Position numbers and translations under genes: made by a program
From: an uncultured Methanospirillum sp.
Lineage (GTDB): Archaea > Halobacteriota > Methanomicrobia > Methanomicrobiales > Methanospirillaceae
Length of the DNA stretch: 36,929 nt
Reading direction: 5' to 3'
NCBI GenBank assembly: GCA_964637135.1
Contig: CAZWTX010000027.1
Span: 1 to 36,929 of the forward strand
Notes under the pieces: model-generated
Told to the model about the DNA's origin: nothing
The model's database searches: none
Seen by the model: only the letters and a program-made list of their open reading frames with translations
In this document: positions 19,555-29,555 of the stretch, one piece after another
Layout of the letters: the number at the start of each line of letters is the position of its first letter
Numbering within the stretch: the stretch's first letter is position 1

Positions 19555-20511
19555 TTATTCTTCCTCGCAATAGGTATAATCAGAACAGAGTTCCTCGATG
19601 TCCCATTCAAGGTGTTCTTTCATGATGGTATAAGCAATCTGCGGGGGAACTGCTCCCTCTTCGGTAATGATAAGGTCGATATATTCTGCAGGGGTTACGT
19701 CAAAAGTCGGGTTTTTCACTCTCACCTGGGGGAGACCCTCGCGGACCTCGGCGGCGAGCACCTCATCGGGGGGTCTCTCCTCGATCAGGATCCGTTCTCC
19801 GACGATACTTCGGGGTGCGAACTTGTAGGTTTCCGCAGCAACCAGCATGTTGACCCTGGCCTCTTTTGCGGCAAGGGCGATTTGTGCGGTACCGATCTTA
19901 TTGATGACCGATCCGTTCACGGTAATGGCATCAGCACCGGTAATGCAGAGATCCACCTCTTTCATGAAGAACCGTGCCGCCGAATCCACGATGAAATTGG
20001 TCTTTATCCCGGCGTCGTTCAGGGTTTTGATCGTGATCAGACCCTGGTTCCGCGGTCTGACTTCGGTTGCATAGACTTCGATATCCATCCCCTGTGCATG
20101 TGCGGTAAGGATACAAGCGAGGGCAGCTTCTGAATTACAGTGGGTCATCACGACATCCCCGTCCCTGATATGTCTCGCCCCGATCTCTCCAATTCTCGAG
20201 ACTGCTTCTTCTGAGCGCCTGATGAAGCCCGATGCACGCATTTCAAGTCCCGTTTTTGCCTCGGCGAGGGTTTTTGCCCTTCTAAGCGGTTTCACGATGA
20301 GGTTTACCGCATTCGGGAGCGAGACGGCAGTGGGTCGTGTCGCTGTCAACCGATCTGCGGCCAGATTCATCTCCCGGGTATACGTGTCTAGATCCGGAGG
20401 GGTGATGGATCCGGAATAGGCAAGAAGGGCAGCTGCTGCCGCCCGGGCAATCCGCCCGGCTCCGCGGATCTCCATGGTCCTGATCTTTTCTGCGGTCTCA
20501 TCCAGTGACAT
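19555..20511 (-). CDS. Ribose-1,5-bisphosphate isomerase (eIF2B/MtnA family)
   Basis: MEIRGAGRIARAA, TRPTAVSLPNA, catalytic THCNS and GADAIT, NKIGT. Lacks the MtnA N-terminal extension and lies next to rbcL. Confidence 0.9.
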   Translation of the reverse strand: MSLDETAEKIRTMEIRGAGRIARAAAAALLAYSGSITPPDLDTYTREMNLAADRLTATRPTAVSLPNAVNLIVKPLRRAKTLAEAKTGLEMRASGFIRRSEEAVSRIGEIGARHIRDGDVVMTHCNSEAALACILTAHAQGMDIEVYATEVRPRNQGLITIKTLNDAGIKTNFIVDSAARFFMKEVDLCITGADAITVNGSVINKIGTAQIALAAKEARVNMLVAAETYKFAPRSIVGERILIEERPPDEVLAAEVREGLPQVRVKNPTFDVTPAEYIDLIITEEGAVPPQIAYTIMKEHLEWDIEELCSDYTYCEEE

Positions 20512-21050
20512 CTTCGGGAATCTCTCAGTTGTGAGGCATTAAGTGCTCCGAACGAAAAATTATCCGCCGAATATATTTAGTTTGAACCTATAGGGATATT
20601 GATTTGAATATATTGAATTAATCAACCATGTTACCCGGAAAGACCAGTTTTCCCGATATTCTGGTATTTCTTCATAAAAAGACTAATTTGAAGCGGAGAT
20701 CTTTTGGAGACCTGATATCAGTGATAACCACTTCTCTCAGCCTGGTGCCAGGCATGGGTTTTCCAAAAATGATCGTGGGTGCGGCAGGTTTTTCCTGCGC
20801 ATGCGGAATGGAGAATTCATATCAAACCTGTCCGTTCTCATCAAGGCATATTATAACCGGATATAATTCATTTATGTTCGATTTTGCCATTTCTTATTGA
20901 AATCGGCTCATTTATAAATGTCTGCGCTTGATTTCCGTTCTGCCGAATGGGGCATTTTTCATTACGCACGAATAATATTTCCTGAAATGACTCATTTCGA
21001 TAGATTATGGCATTTAGGGTCACCAATTGAGGTGGTAGAGACAACATCCA

Positions 21051-21087
21051 TATATAGGGGACAAAGTAATGTTTATAATGGAGGTGA
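21051..21087 (+). promoter_or_regulatory. TATA box (TATATA 21051-21056) and Shine-Dalgarno (GGAGGTGA 21080-21087) for the small ORF at 21098
   Basis: Read directly. Spacing is consistent with a transcription start near 21080. Confidence 0.6.
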
Positions 21088-21097
21088 GGTGTCAGAT

Positions 21098-21193
21098 ATG
21101 GTTACATCACGAGCTCACATCCGGGACGCCGTTAACGTGGTATTTCTCGCTACGTTCGCCGTTGCTGCGATATTCAGCCATCTCGTCCTGTAA
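21098..21193 (+). CDS. 31-aa single-TM small protein MVTSRAHIRDAVNVVFLATFAVAAIFSHLVL
   Basis: Perfect SD 10 nt upstream, TATA box, hydrophobic helix. It is the 3' end of ORF-track entry 20918..21193. Confidence 0.6.
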   Translation: MVTSRAHIRDAVNVVFLATFAVAAIFSHLVL

Positions 21194-21333
21194 ACGGGCG
21201 CATGGTTCCGGTTCTCTGAATACTACCGGGATCAGTCGGAATGGCAGGACCGGTCTCCTGTTCCTGCCCTGAACATATCTTTTTTGAAGACGGGTTTAAT
21301 GCCTGGCGATACATTACCATTGTAGGTACCCCC

Positions 21334-22152
21334 ATGTCCCTGGCAGTTGTCTTTGATAGTGCCGGAACCCTGATGCATACCCTCCGGATGGCGAAGGATG
21401 TCATCCACGGTGAACTTATCACTGATGTTGAGACGACGATGCTTACCTTCGCGGATCCGGATCGCGTTCTCTGTGTAATCGAGTCACATACCCGTGATAT
21501 CATGGCAGCATCACCAGAACAACTGTTCTCACGGTTTATGGCAGATCACAAGGTCCGGATTGGGATCTCCTGCACCCGCAGGATTGTCCAGGCTGAAGAG
21601 ATCTGCCAGGCGATTCTTGATGATACGAGGGCTACTATCGGCGACATGCAGGAATGTATGCGGATTATCTGGTCGAAGATCCGGGAAGAGCCGATCGTGA
21701 CCCTGAACAACGGGGTTATCGTAAACACCTCTCTTTCAGGGATAGAATTCACGGTAACTGCGGGGGGAACCCCGTTTCCCGGGGCGAGAGATACCATCAG
21801 GGAACTGCACGAGATGGGGATAGGGACCTTCATCGCTTCAGGGGATCGGGAGGCAAAACTCGAAAAGATGGCCGATTACCTCGGAATCCCGCGGGATCGG
21901 GTTTTCGGAGTTGCAACCCCGAGCATCAAGGAGCAGATCGTCAGGGACTTAAAGGAGCAGTACAATCAGGTGATTATGGTGGGGGATTCGATTAACGATC
22001 TCCGTGCCATGCGGACTGCAGATATCGCAGTACTGACCGATCAGCAGTGTGATCGCAAGCCGTCTGAACTCATACAAGCTGCAGATTATCGTATCCGTGA
22101 TGTCCGGGAGGTTCCCGGTATCGTCAGGCAGGTTGATCTGAACCGGGCATGA
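21334..22152 (+). CDS. HAD-family hydrolase, 'soluble P-type ATPase' (MJ0968-like DSAGT family)
   Basis: VVFDSAGTL, IASGDR, K, MVGDSINDLRAMRTAD. Start placed at MSLAVVF. Confidence 0.85.
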   Translation: MSLAVVFDSAGTLMHTLRMAKDVIHGELITDVETTMLTFADPDRVLCVIESHTRDIMAASPEQLFSRFMADHKVRIGISCTRRIVQAEEICQAILDDTRATIGDMQECMRIIWSKIREEPIVTLNNGVIVNTSLSGIEFTVTAGGTPFPGARDTIRELHEMGIGTFIASGDREAKLEKMADYLGIPRDRVFGVATPSIKEQIVRDLKEQYNQVIMVGDSINDLRAMRTADIAVLTDQQCDRKPSELIQAADYRIRDVREVPGIVRQVDLNRA

Positions 22153-22248
22153 ACATCGCTGGTTTCAAGATCGTGAAGTTATGCATGTAGAAATAAACAT
22201 GTAATACCCATCAGTTCCCATCATTACTCCATTCACGGTGCATGTATC

Positions 22249-23853
22249 ATGAGACCCCTGATCACAGTTGAAAATCTTACAATGTCTTTCGATGGGAAGG
22301 AGATTCTGAGTGATATATCTTTTACCCTCGATGAGCGCGAGATACTTGGGATCATAGGACGGAGCGGAGCTGGCAAGACCGTCCTGATGCACCTGCTCAG
22401 AGGTGTGGATCAGCCCCCGACATCGGGCAGGATCATCTATCATATTGCTGCATGCGATCACTGCGATTATATCACCGTTCCCAGCCAGGCTGAAGAGCGG
22501 TGCCCGGTCTGTGATGCACCGCTTCATTATACCGAGATAGATTTCTGGAATCCTGCAAATGAGCACATGAAACGGAGAATCATGCTCCGGAATGCCATCA
22601 TGTTTCAGCGGACCTTTGCTCTGTATGGTAATGACCGGGTCATCGATAACGTTTTAAGGGCACTTGATGATGTCAATTACCCTTCAAACAAGGCGATATC
22701 CCGTGCTGTTGATCTCATTGACCAGGTCCACCTTTCCCACCGGATGATGCACATCGCCCGTGATCTCTCCGGCGGTGAAAAGCAGCGGGTGGTACTTGCA
22801 CGACAGCTCGCAAAGGAACCAATCTGCCTCTTCACCGATGAGCCGACCGGAACACTCGATCCCAAGACCGCCCGCCTCGTACACCGGATGCTCAACGAGG
22901 CGGCAAAGGAGACCGGAATGTCGATGGTCATCACCTCCCATTTCACTCAGATCCTCGAAGATGTCGTTACCCGTGCCATCTTCCTTGATGAGGGGAAGAT
23001 CGGAAGAATAGGCACCCCCGATGAAGTTCTTGCCACGTTCATGGAGGGGTTCCATGATGACGAGACGTTTTGCGAGGTTGAGGTGGGGGAGCCGATCATT
23101 AGAACCCGCGAACTATCGAAACGGTATGTTTCTCTTGACCGTGGTCTCATCCGGGCGGTGGACAACGTTGATCTTGAGATCAACCGCAAGGAGATCTTCG
23201 GTATCGTGGGAACATCAGGTGCCGGAAAGACCACGCTCTCGAAGATGATTGCTGGTATACTGGAACCGACAAGCGGTGATCTCCTCGCCCTTGTCGGCGA
23301 CGAATGGGTGGACATGACAAAACCCGGATTTGATTTCCGCGGACGGGCGAAGCAGTACATCGGCCTTCTTCACCAGGAGTATGATCTCTTTCCCCACCGG
23401 ACGATCCTCGACAATCTCACCGATGCGATCGGGCTTGAATTCCCGAAAGAACTCGCGATGAGAAAAGCGGTTATTACCCTCCGCATGGCCGGGTTCACCG
23501 AGGATAAAGCCAGGGAAGTTCTCGAACGGCTCCCCGGTACCCTGAGCGAGGGAGAACGTCACCGGGTTGCCCTTGCCCAGGTTCTCATCAGAGAACCTCA
23601 CGTGGTTGTTCTTGATGAACCGACCGGGACAATGGATCCGATCACCAAGGTAGAGGTGAAACACTCGATCCTCCATGCCAGGGAAGAGATGGAGGAGACC
23701 TTTGTCGTTGTCTCCCATGACATGGAATTTGTACGGGAGATCTGTGACCGGTGTGCCCTCATGCGGTTTGGAAAGATCATCATGATCGGACCGACCGAAG
23801 AGGTCCTCGCAGAAGTAACCGAGGAAGAAAAAGAGATTATGGCGAACGAATAA
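22249..23853 (+). CDS. atwA: Methyl-coenzyme M reductase system component A2 (dual ABC ATPase)
   Basis: Two NBDs (GRSGAGKT, GTSGAGKT, LSGGEKQR, LSEGERHR, DEPTGT), a CxxC...CPxC insert, QRTFALY and RMMHIARDLSGG. No TM domain. Confidence 0.95.
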   Translation: MRPLITVENLTMSFDGKEILSDISFTLDEREILGIIGRSGAGKTVLMHLLRGVDQPPTSGRIIYHIAACDHCDYITVPSQAEERCPVCDAPLHYTEIDFWNPANEHMKRRIMLRNAIMFQRTFALYGNDRVIDNVLRALDDVNYPSNKAISRAVDLIDQVHLSHRMMHIARDLSGGEKQRVVLARQLAKEPICLFTDEPTGTLDPKTARLVHRMLNEAAKETGMSMVITSHFTQILEDVVTRAIFLDEGKIGRIGTPDEVLATFMEGFHDDETFCEVEVGEPIIRTRELSKRYVSLDRGLIRAVDNVDLEINRKEIFGIVGTSGAGKTTLSKMIAGILEPTSGDLLALVGDEWVDMTKPGFDFRGRAKQYIGLLHQEYDLFPHRTILDNLTDAIGLEFPKELAMRKAVITLRMAGFTEDKAREVLERLPGTLSEGERHRVALAQVLIREPHVVVLDEPTGTMDPITKVEVKHSILHAREEMEETFVVVSHDMEFVREICDRCALMRFGKIIMIGPTEEVLAEVTEEEKEIMANE

Positions 23854-23872
23854 CACATAGATGTGAGGATGT

Positions 23873-25393
23873 ATGCCGACGGTTTACCTTGACGGATCCC
23901 CGGTTGTGGTATCTGGGGAGGCCAGGATTGTGGATCTGGTTCCTGATAAACCGGATGATGTCAGTATTGCCGTTATCAGGCCGGCAACGGTACGCCAGGC
24001 AGAAACAAGACAGTATCTCTGTAAGACAACCGGGGGGGAGATCGTCATCGAGACCCATGGCGATGATGCCGGTATCCTGTCAGTCATCTCTTCCGGTATC
24101 GGTGGTGGCTGGAATGATCTCCATATTGTCAGCTTTGGTCCGTTTCCCTCGTCAATATCACCATCACGCCGGCCGTCCCGGTATTCGCGGGGTGACGTGA
24201 TTCTTGGATGTGGGGGATATGATCCGGACCGATCCTACCTGCTCTTCTGCAAAAAGACCCACTCGGCAGATCACGGTTCCGGGCCGGACGGAAGTATCAT
24301 CGGAACCGTGGTATCCGGTCTCGGGATCATGGATCGGCTGGTAAGCACTGATAAAATCCTTTCAATCGAGCCGGTCATCAGTTTTGCCGAGTCTTCCGAG
24401 GCATTCACCACCACGGATATGACTCTCCCGCTTGATGAGGGGATGCATATCATCACCCATATGCGGATCGAAGCCACCGGATACAGACCTGGATCGATAT
24501 CAACCGATGCTGCGTCTAGTGTTGAGAGTATGTTGCTTGCCTTCAGGAACAACCGGTTCGCGGTTGATCACCGGATGAGCAATCATATCAGGTGTGACAT
24601 CATCGCCCCGGCCGTCGTTTTCGAGGAGGTACGGACGCCAAGACGGGAAGGAGCCGTCCTGATGCGGACATCCGGAAAGAAACGGGGAGCGGTGTATATC
24701 TATACCCAGGATCTTCCCCGGAGTATGGCCCATACCACGGTCGGTCAGGTGGTACACGGAATCGAACTGGCACGGATTGCCCGGGAGAAGGACCGGTTCC
24801 GGGTGGTGGTTACCCCTGAAAAATGCGATCTTATCGGCCTTTCTGTTTCGGATGCACGGGATCAAACCGCTGCTGCCGGGATCACTATCCATGGCGGTGA
24901 AGCAGGGGCCGAGTCGGTAGTCATCGCCCAGGATCCGGAGAACACCCTTGAGATCCTTGCCCGTGGAGAGGTCACGGTTCAGACGGTTCCCTACAGCAGG
25001 GTGATTGATATCTCGCTTGACGATGCAGATGCCCCGGTGACCTGCCGGATATTCCGGGAAGTGACCGGGCTCAAGTACCGGGACATCGGGATGCTCCCGA
25101 TGATGTATGCCTTTGATGAAGTTTTTCTCTTCGGGGCGAAGATCCCGAAGACGACCAATGTGAATCCCGAGCATACCCCTGACGGTGAGGTTCCCCCGAA
25201 CATGCTCGCGATGACCAATGACTCATGCCGGGGAACCGGTACGGTCGGCATCCGGACAGTAGCAAGCAGCGAATTCGGTCCGACATCAGAGCCGTTTTCA
25301 GGAACGAATATCATGGGCAGGGTACATAATCCCGGGGTCCTTTCATCGATCAAGGACGGGGAAAAAGTCTATTTCAGGGAGATAAAAGAATGA
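23873..25393 (+). CDS. mmp3: Methanogenesis marker protein 3 (cyclophilin-like)
   Basis: KTTGGEIVI, AMTNDSC, VGIR...EFGPTSEPFSGTNIMG. Located directly after atwA. Confidence 0.9.
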   Translation: MPTVYLDGSPVVVSGEARIVDLVPDKPDDVSIAVIRPATVRQAETRQYLCKTTGGEIVIETHGDDAGILSVISSGIGGGWNDLHIVSFGPFPSSISPSRRPSRYSRGDVILGCGGYDPDRSYLLFCKKTHSADHGSGPDGSIIGTVVSGLGIMDRLVSTDKILSIEPVISFAESSEAFTTTDMTLPLDEGMHIITHMRIEATGYRPGSISTDAASSVESMLLAFRNNRFAVDHRMSNHIRCDIIAPAVVFEEVRTPRREGAVLMRTSGKKRGAVYIYTQDLPRSMAHTTVGQVVHGIELARIAREKDRFRVVVTPEKCDLIGLSVSDARDQTAAAGITIHGGEAGAESVVIAQDPENTLEILARGEVTVQTVPYSRVIDISLDDADAPVTCRIFREVTGLKYRDIGMLPMMYAFDEVFLFGAKIPKTTNVNPEHTPDGEVPPNMLAMTNDSCRGTGTVGIRTVASSEFGPTSEPFSGTNIMGRVHNPGVLSSIKDGEKVYFREIKE

Positions 25394-25848
25394 TCAGTGA
25401 AATTCCCCCCTTATATGCCGGAACAGTGACGAAATATGTCTTTGTCGAATCCTACAAAACGACGCCCGACGATCTTGCCGCCCGTGCCCACGAGGTTGCA
25501 GAAGGGGTCATGATCAAGGAGACCTGTTTCGGCCTGCAGGTTACCGGAGAGGAAGAAGCGGTTGATCGGGTTGTTGGGCATATCAGGCAGGTCGATCCTT
25601 CCCATATCTATGTTAAAGACCGGGGATTTCCCCCCGGAGATCCCCGCAGGTGCCGGGCAAATCTCGGAGGTGCCCGCCCCGGGTATTTCGGACATGAGTA
25701 TGAGATGGGGTTCATCCGCCGAATCGCCCGTGGTCTTGAAATACTCACTGAAACTCCTGCAGAGCCTGTTTCTGCGAAGACGATCCCTGAAACCCGGCTG
25801 CTGGATCCACGACGGCTCAGGGAACTTATTGCCAGCGAGGTCGTCTGA
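25390..25848 (+). CDS. mmp6: Methanogenesis marker protein 6
   Basis: IKETCFG, KDRGFPPGDPRRCRA, GARPGY. Confidence 0.9.
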   Translation: MISEIPPLYAGTVTKYVFVESYKTTPDDLAARAHEVAEGVMIKETCFGLQVTGEEEAVDRVVGHIRQVDPSHIYVKDRGFPPGDPRRCRANLGGARPGYFGHEYEMGFIRRIARGLEILTETPAEPVSAKTIPETRLLDPRRLRELIASEVV

Positions 25849-26295
25849 ATGGCAAAGGTGTTTATTTATCCTGCAACCAGCCTGATCCTCTCGGATCTTG
25901 TCGCCCGTTTCGGGCATAAACCACTCGGGACCGCTCTCTCAGTCAGGGAACGGGTCCAGACCGCCGGACTTGATTCCCCACCGCTCCAGATGACCCCTGA
26001 TGATCCAAAACGTGGTCTGAAATGGGCTGCTGTAGAGGTACCTTCCGGGGTGAGGGGGCGGATGTCACTCTTCGGCCCGCTCATCGAACAGGCTGAGGCA
26101 GCGATCCTGGTGAAAAACCCGGATTTTGCCTTTGGATGTATGGGGTGTGCCCGTACCGACGAGCTGGTAGAATTTCTCATCAAGGATCGTAAGGTTCCGA
26201 CCCTTGAACTGTATTATCCGGCCGACGAGGAGGAAGGAATCGCCTTTGTCAGAAACGTCCGTGATTTCCTTGGAGGCCTGGGAGGATCCCAATGA
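25849..26295 (+). CDS. mmp5: Methanogenesis marker protein 5
   Basis: [45 protein letters not shown]. Confidence 0.9.
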   Translation: MAKVFIYPATSLILSDLVARFGHKPLGTALSVRERVQTAGLDSPPLQMTPDDPKRGLKWAAVEVPSGVRGRMSLFGPLIEQAEAAILVKNPDFAFGCMGCARTDELVEFLIKDRKVPTLELYYPADEEEGIAFVRNVRDFLGGLGGSQ

Positions 26296-27536
26296 GCGGG
26301 GAGAAAGTTCGGATTGCACAGCTCTCATGCGGACCAGAGTACAGCGGGGTTCAGAAGGAGATCTATACCGCGGCTGAAGCAGTCGGGGCCGAGGTTTTCT
26401 TTCCGGATCTCTCGTTCGCAGACATCAGGCGGAATTTCAGGGATTTTGGACTTGATGTCAAATCCGGCGACCTCAAACTTGCTATTGCCCGTGCGGTTGC
26501 CCTCGTGGACGGGGCGATAGAAGCAGACGGAGTCTTTATTGCAACCTGTTTCCGATGTGCCGAGGCAGCGATCGTCCGCAATGAGCTTCGCCGGTATATC
26601 CATGAGAATTCCCGGCTTCCGGTGGTCAGTTATTCATTCACCGAGCGGACAACCTCAGGAACACTGCTGACCAGAATGGAAGCACTGACAACCATTGCCC
26701 GTCGTCGTGCCCTCCTTGCCCGTGAACGTCAGACCGGTCTCACCATGGGTGTCGATTCTGGTTCCTCTACGACGAAGGCAGTCGTCATGCAGGACAACGA
26801 GATTATCGGAACCGGATGGCAGCCGACCACCGAGGTTCTTTCGAGCGGTGACGAGGTTATCGCGGCAGCCCTGGCTGAAGCCGGGGTACGGCGGGAGGAT
26901 CTTGATGCGATTGGGACGACCGGGTATGGACGGTTCCTCATCGGAGAACACATTCATGCCGATCTCATCCAGGAAGAACTGACCGTGAACTCCAAGGGTG
27001 CAGTGTTCCTTGCCGACTGCCAGCGCGGGCCATCAACGGTGATTGACATCGGCGGGATGGACAACAAGGCGATATCGGTGATTGACGGAATCCCGGGCAC
27101 GTTTACCATGGGTGGTATCTGTGCAGGGGCCAGCGGCCGGTTCCTGGAGATGACAGCGAAACGTCTCGGGGTGGATATCACCGAGCTCGGCCCGCTCGCG
27201 ATGAAAGGGATGGGGGATGATGTGCCGATGAACAGTTACTGCATCGTTTTTGGGACACAGAGCCTTGTCAATGCACTGGCAGAGGGCCATTCAAAGGAGA
27301 ATGTAGCCGCAGCTGCCTGTCACAGCGTTGCCGAACAGGTCTTCGAACAGCAGCTTCAGGAGATCGATATCAAGGAACCGGTAATCATGGTCGGGGGTAC
27401 CTCCCTGATCCAGGGACTGGTCAGGGCGATGGGTAACCTTCTCCAGACCGAAGTCGTTGTTCCCCACCATTCCCAGTATATCGGTTCGGTCGGGGCCGCA
27501 CTCCTCTCATCAGGCTTCGTGGAGAAGAAGGGCTGA
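26292..27536 (+). CDS. mmp15: Methanogenesis marker protein 15 (ASKHA ATPase, HgdC/BcrAD activator-like)
   Basis: [54 protein letters not shown]. Confidence 0.92.
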   Translation: MSGEKVRIAQLSCGPEYSGVQKEIYTAAEAVGAEVFFPDLSFADIRRNFRDFGLDVKSGDLKLAIARAVALVDGAIEADGVFIATCFRCAEAAIVRNELRRYIHENSRLPVVSYSFTERTTSGTLLTRMEALTTIARRRALLARERQTGLTMGVDSGSSTTKAVVMQDNEIIGTGWQPTTEVLSSGDEVIAAALAEAGVRREDLDAIGTTGYGRFLIGEHIHADLIQEELTVNSKGAVFLADCQRGPSTVIDIGGMDNKAISVIDGIPGTFTMGGICAGASGRFLEMTAKRLGVDITELGPLAMKGMGDDVPMNSYCIVFGTQSLVNALAEGHSKENVAAAACHSVAEQVFEQQLQEIDIKEPVIMVGGTSLIQGLVRAMGNLLQTEVVVPHHSQYIGSVGAALLSSGFVEKKG

Positions 27537-27539
27537 CCC

Positions 27540-28121
27540 ATGCCGACGCTGGAGTACTTTGAGGTGGAATCGACCGAACCCGCGGGAGGGGCGATATACC
27601 GCAGGATAGCCTCTACGGTCATCAGCGATCACAATCTCCTGAAAGTCCTGGCAAAACTGCGTATTTTCATCGATCCAAAGGTGCCGGTATTCATCGCGAC
27701 CGGGATCACCCGTTCTGTTCCGAGGAATATCGTGGTGAGCGATATTGCAGGAGTCACCTATGATGCGGGAAAGATTAAACTGAACATCGCCGACGAGACG
27801 TACCTTGCCCCACTGCTTGAGACACTCTGGCGCCGGTTCGGGAAAGAGAAGATCGTCCAGCCGGACCGGTTTTCAGTGGAGATCCTGACTGATGAAGGCG
27901 AGGGAACCGGATTTGAGGAACTTATCGTTGCAGACCCGACAGAAGGGCTTTTTAAGGATCTTATTTATGGCATTCAGGTGATCTGCCCGGAGGGGTTCCG
28001 GATAAAACGACAGAGTTTCAGCCAGGGACGGTTCTGGTTTGTCGCCAGCGAGAACACCCTTCCCGAGGATGTTACGACACTCGTTGATGAGCAGTTTGCT
28101 ATAATGGAGGGCAGGATATGA
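27540..28121 (+). CDS. mmp17: Methanogenesis marker protein 17
   Basis: IDPKVPVF, IADETY, QPDRF, CPEGFR, VASE. Position in the cluster also fits. Confidence 0.85.
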   Translation: MPTLEYFEVESTEPAGGAIYRRIASTVISDHNLLKVLAKLRIFIDPKVPVFIATGITRSVPRNIVVSDIAGVTYDAGKIKLNIADETYLAPLLETLWRRFGKEKIVQPDRFSVEILTDEGEGTGFEELIVADPTEGLFKDLIYGIQVICPEGFRIKRQSFSQGRFWFVASENTLPEDVTTLVDEQFAIMEGRI

Positions 28122-29056
28122 TCCTCGTTCCGGTCACGTACAAGGGAGGTGTCTACCGGCACGATGAGATCCTCGATCTCATCGAGGACATGGGTGGGTA
28201 TATCATCCAGAAACATTCGATAGCCCAGGAAATAATTCTCCAGGCACTCATTCCGAAGGACGACATCGATATCCTGCGGACGATCGCCCGTCCGCTTGCC
28301 GGGGAAGTCATCCCTGCACCGCTTGTCGGCACCGAGATCGCCGTTGTTTCAATGTCGCTTGAGATCCATCACCTTCCCCATGCATCCTGCGATGTTGCTG
28401 AGTATCTCCGGACTGCCGGGGCAAAGACCAACATGATCGGGCTTGCCCGGGGATTTGGGAAACGCATCGGTATGCTTTCAGATGAGGAACGGGACATTAT
28501 CAACGAGCACGATCTCGCCATCTATCTCTTCGGGAACTTTGAAACCTGTATCCAGCAGAAGATCCCAACCTTCCGGAGGGGCATCAGGGTTCCGATTATT
28601 GTCTGTGGGGGGCCTTCACGGGAAGCGCTGATGCGGATCATCGATCCCCCGGTAGACGGATATATCGGAACCTTTGGACGGTTTATGCACCGGACAAAGG
28701 AATCTGAAGAAATAGGCAAACTCGACGAGATCCTCGCGGAAGTTACCCGTGTGCTCGATCGGCGGCGGGAGGCAGTTGCCAAGGATCCGCTCTCCATTTC
28801 CCCTGCCAGGCTGATGAATCTCATCCTTGAAAACGTTCCTGCCATTGCTGAGGTGACCTCCCCGGTTCCGGTCGTGGTCCAGATGGCGGGAGTCAGGGTA
28901 AAACTGCCCTATGATCCCTTTGCAGCAGAGATAAAGGAGATCGAACTCGATGACGGGGTGAAAGTCAGTGATATCTGTGATCTCCGTCCGTCCCGGATGC
29001 GTGACTATATCCTGATCACGATTCGGCCGTTCTCCGAAACCCGGCTGATGGTCTGA
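28118..29056 (+). CDS. mmp7: Methanogenesis marker protein 7
   Basis: YKGGVYRHDE, GTEIAVVS, HHLPHASCDVAEYLR, GAKTNMIGLARG, GNFETCI. Confidence 0.9.
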   Translation: MILVPVTYKGGVYRHDEILDLIEDMGGYIIQKHSIAQEIILQALIPKDDIDILRTIARPLAGEVIPAPLVGTEIAVVSMSLEIHHLPHASCDVAEYLRTAGAKTNMIGLARGFGKRIGMLSDEERDIINEHDLAIYLFGNFETCIQQKIPTFRRGIRVPIIVCGGPSREALMRIIDPPVDGYIGTFGRFMHRTKESEEIGKLDEILAEVTRVLDRRREAVAKDPLSISPARLMNLILENVPAIAEVTSPVPVVVQMAGVRVKLPYDPFAAEIKEIELDDGVKVSDICDLRPSRMRDYILITIRPFSETRLMV

Positions 29057-29129
29057 CACCCCTTTTTTGTGCAAGTATTGAAAGCCCCCCGGGGTTCAGG
29101 TTCCCGTTCCCTGCCGGCCTGGGTATGTT

Positions 29130-29453
29130 CTATTCCTGGCGTATCGGTTCATCGCCGATATCAAGATCCATCTCTATACCGCCGATGAATCCGAGGATGA
29201 CGTTGTAGATAAAAGCAGCAATCGCCCCGGCGATGAATCCCCCGACTGCCCCGATGACAAGGCCAAGAACGAGCCCGAGTATCCCGAACCCTGCGGAACC
29301 GGCAATGCCCATCCCAAGACCGGATCCCGCGGCCACTCCGAACATGGCGAAGAAGAGACCCCATATCAGGCCATATATGGCTCCGATTACTGCGGAAAAT
29401 TTCGCTACGCTCAGAACGCCAAATTTCATGATGATGGTATGTTTCAGCGTCAT
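29130..29453 (-). CDS. Small Gly-rich 2-TM membrane protein (DUF3566-like)
   Basis: GVLSVAKFSAVIGAIYGLI...GFIAGAIAAFIYN...GGIEMDL. Start uncertain (29453 or 29480). Confidence 0.75.
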   Translation of the reverse strand: MTLKHTIIMKFGVLSVAKFSAVIGAIYGLIWGLFFAMFGVAAGSGLGMGIAGSAGFGILGLVLGLVIGAVGGFIAGAIAAFIYNVILGFIGGIEMDLDIGDEPIRQE

Positions 29454-29535
29454 GGTTACCGGTGAGATGATTGGTCTCATACCGGATATACCTGATCCCG
29501 GCGTGATCAGAACCGGGGTCGCCGGTAAAGGGGCC

Positions 29536-29555
29536 TGTTGCAACCGGTTGCAACA
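29536..29555. repeat. Perfect 20-bp palindrome TGTTGCAACCGGTTGCAACA (copy 2)
   Basis: Identical to 4284-4303. The flanks are unrelated. Confidence 0.95.

Noticed and set aside
20628..21097. ORFs 20628..20900 and the 5' part of 20918..21193
   Set aside because: AT-rich regulatory-looking DNA without SD or motifs. Only the last 31 codons are supported.
29075..29085. ATTGAAAG, resembling a CRISPR repeat end
   Set aside because: Single occurrence with no repeat-spacer structure.
4284..29555. Palindrome copies as CRISPR repeats or as ends of a 25-kb mobile element
   Set aside because: No array, spacers or cas genes. The enclosed DNA is mostly housekeeping genes with no recombinase.
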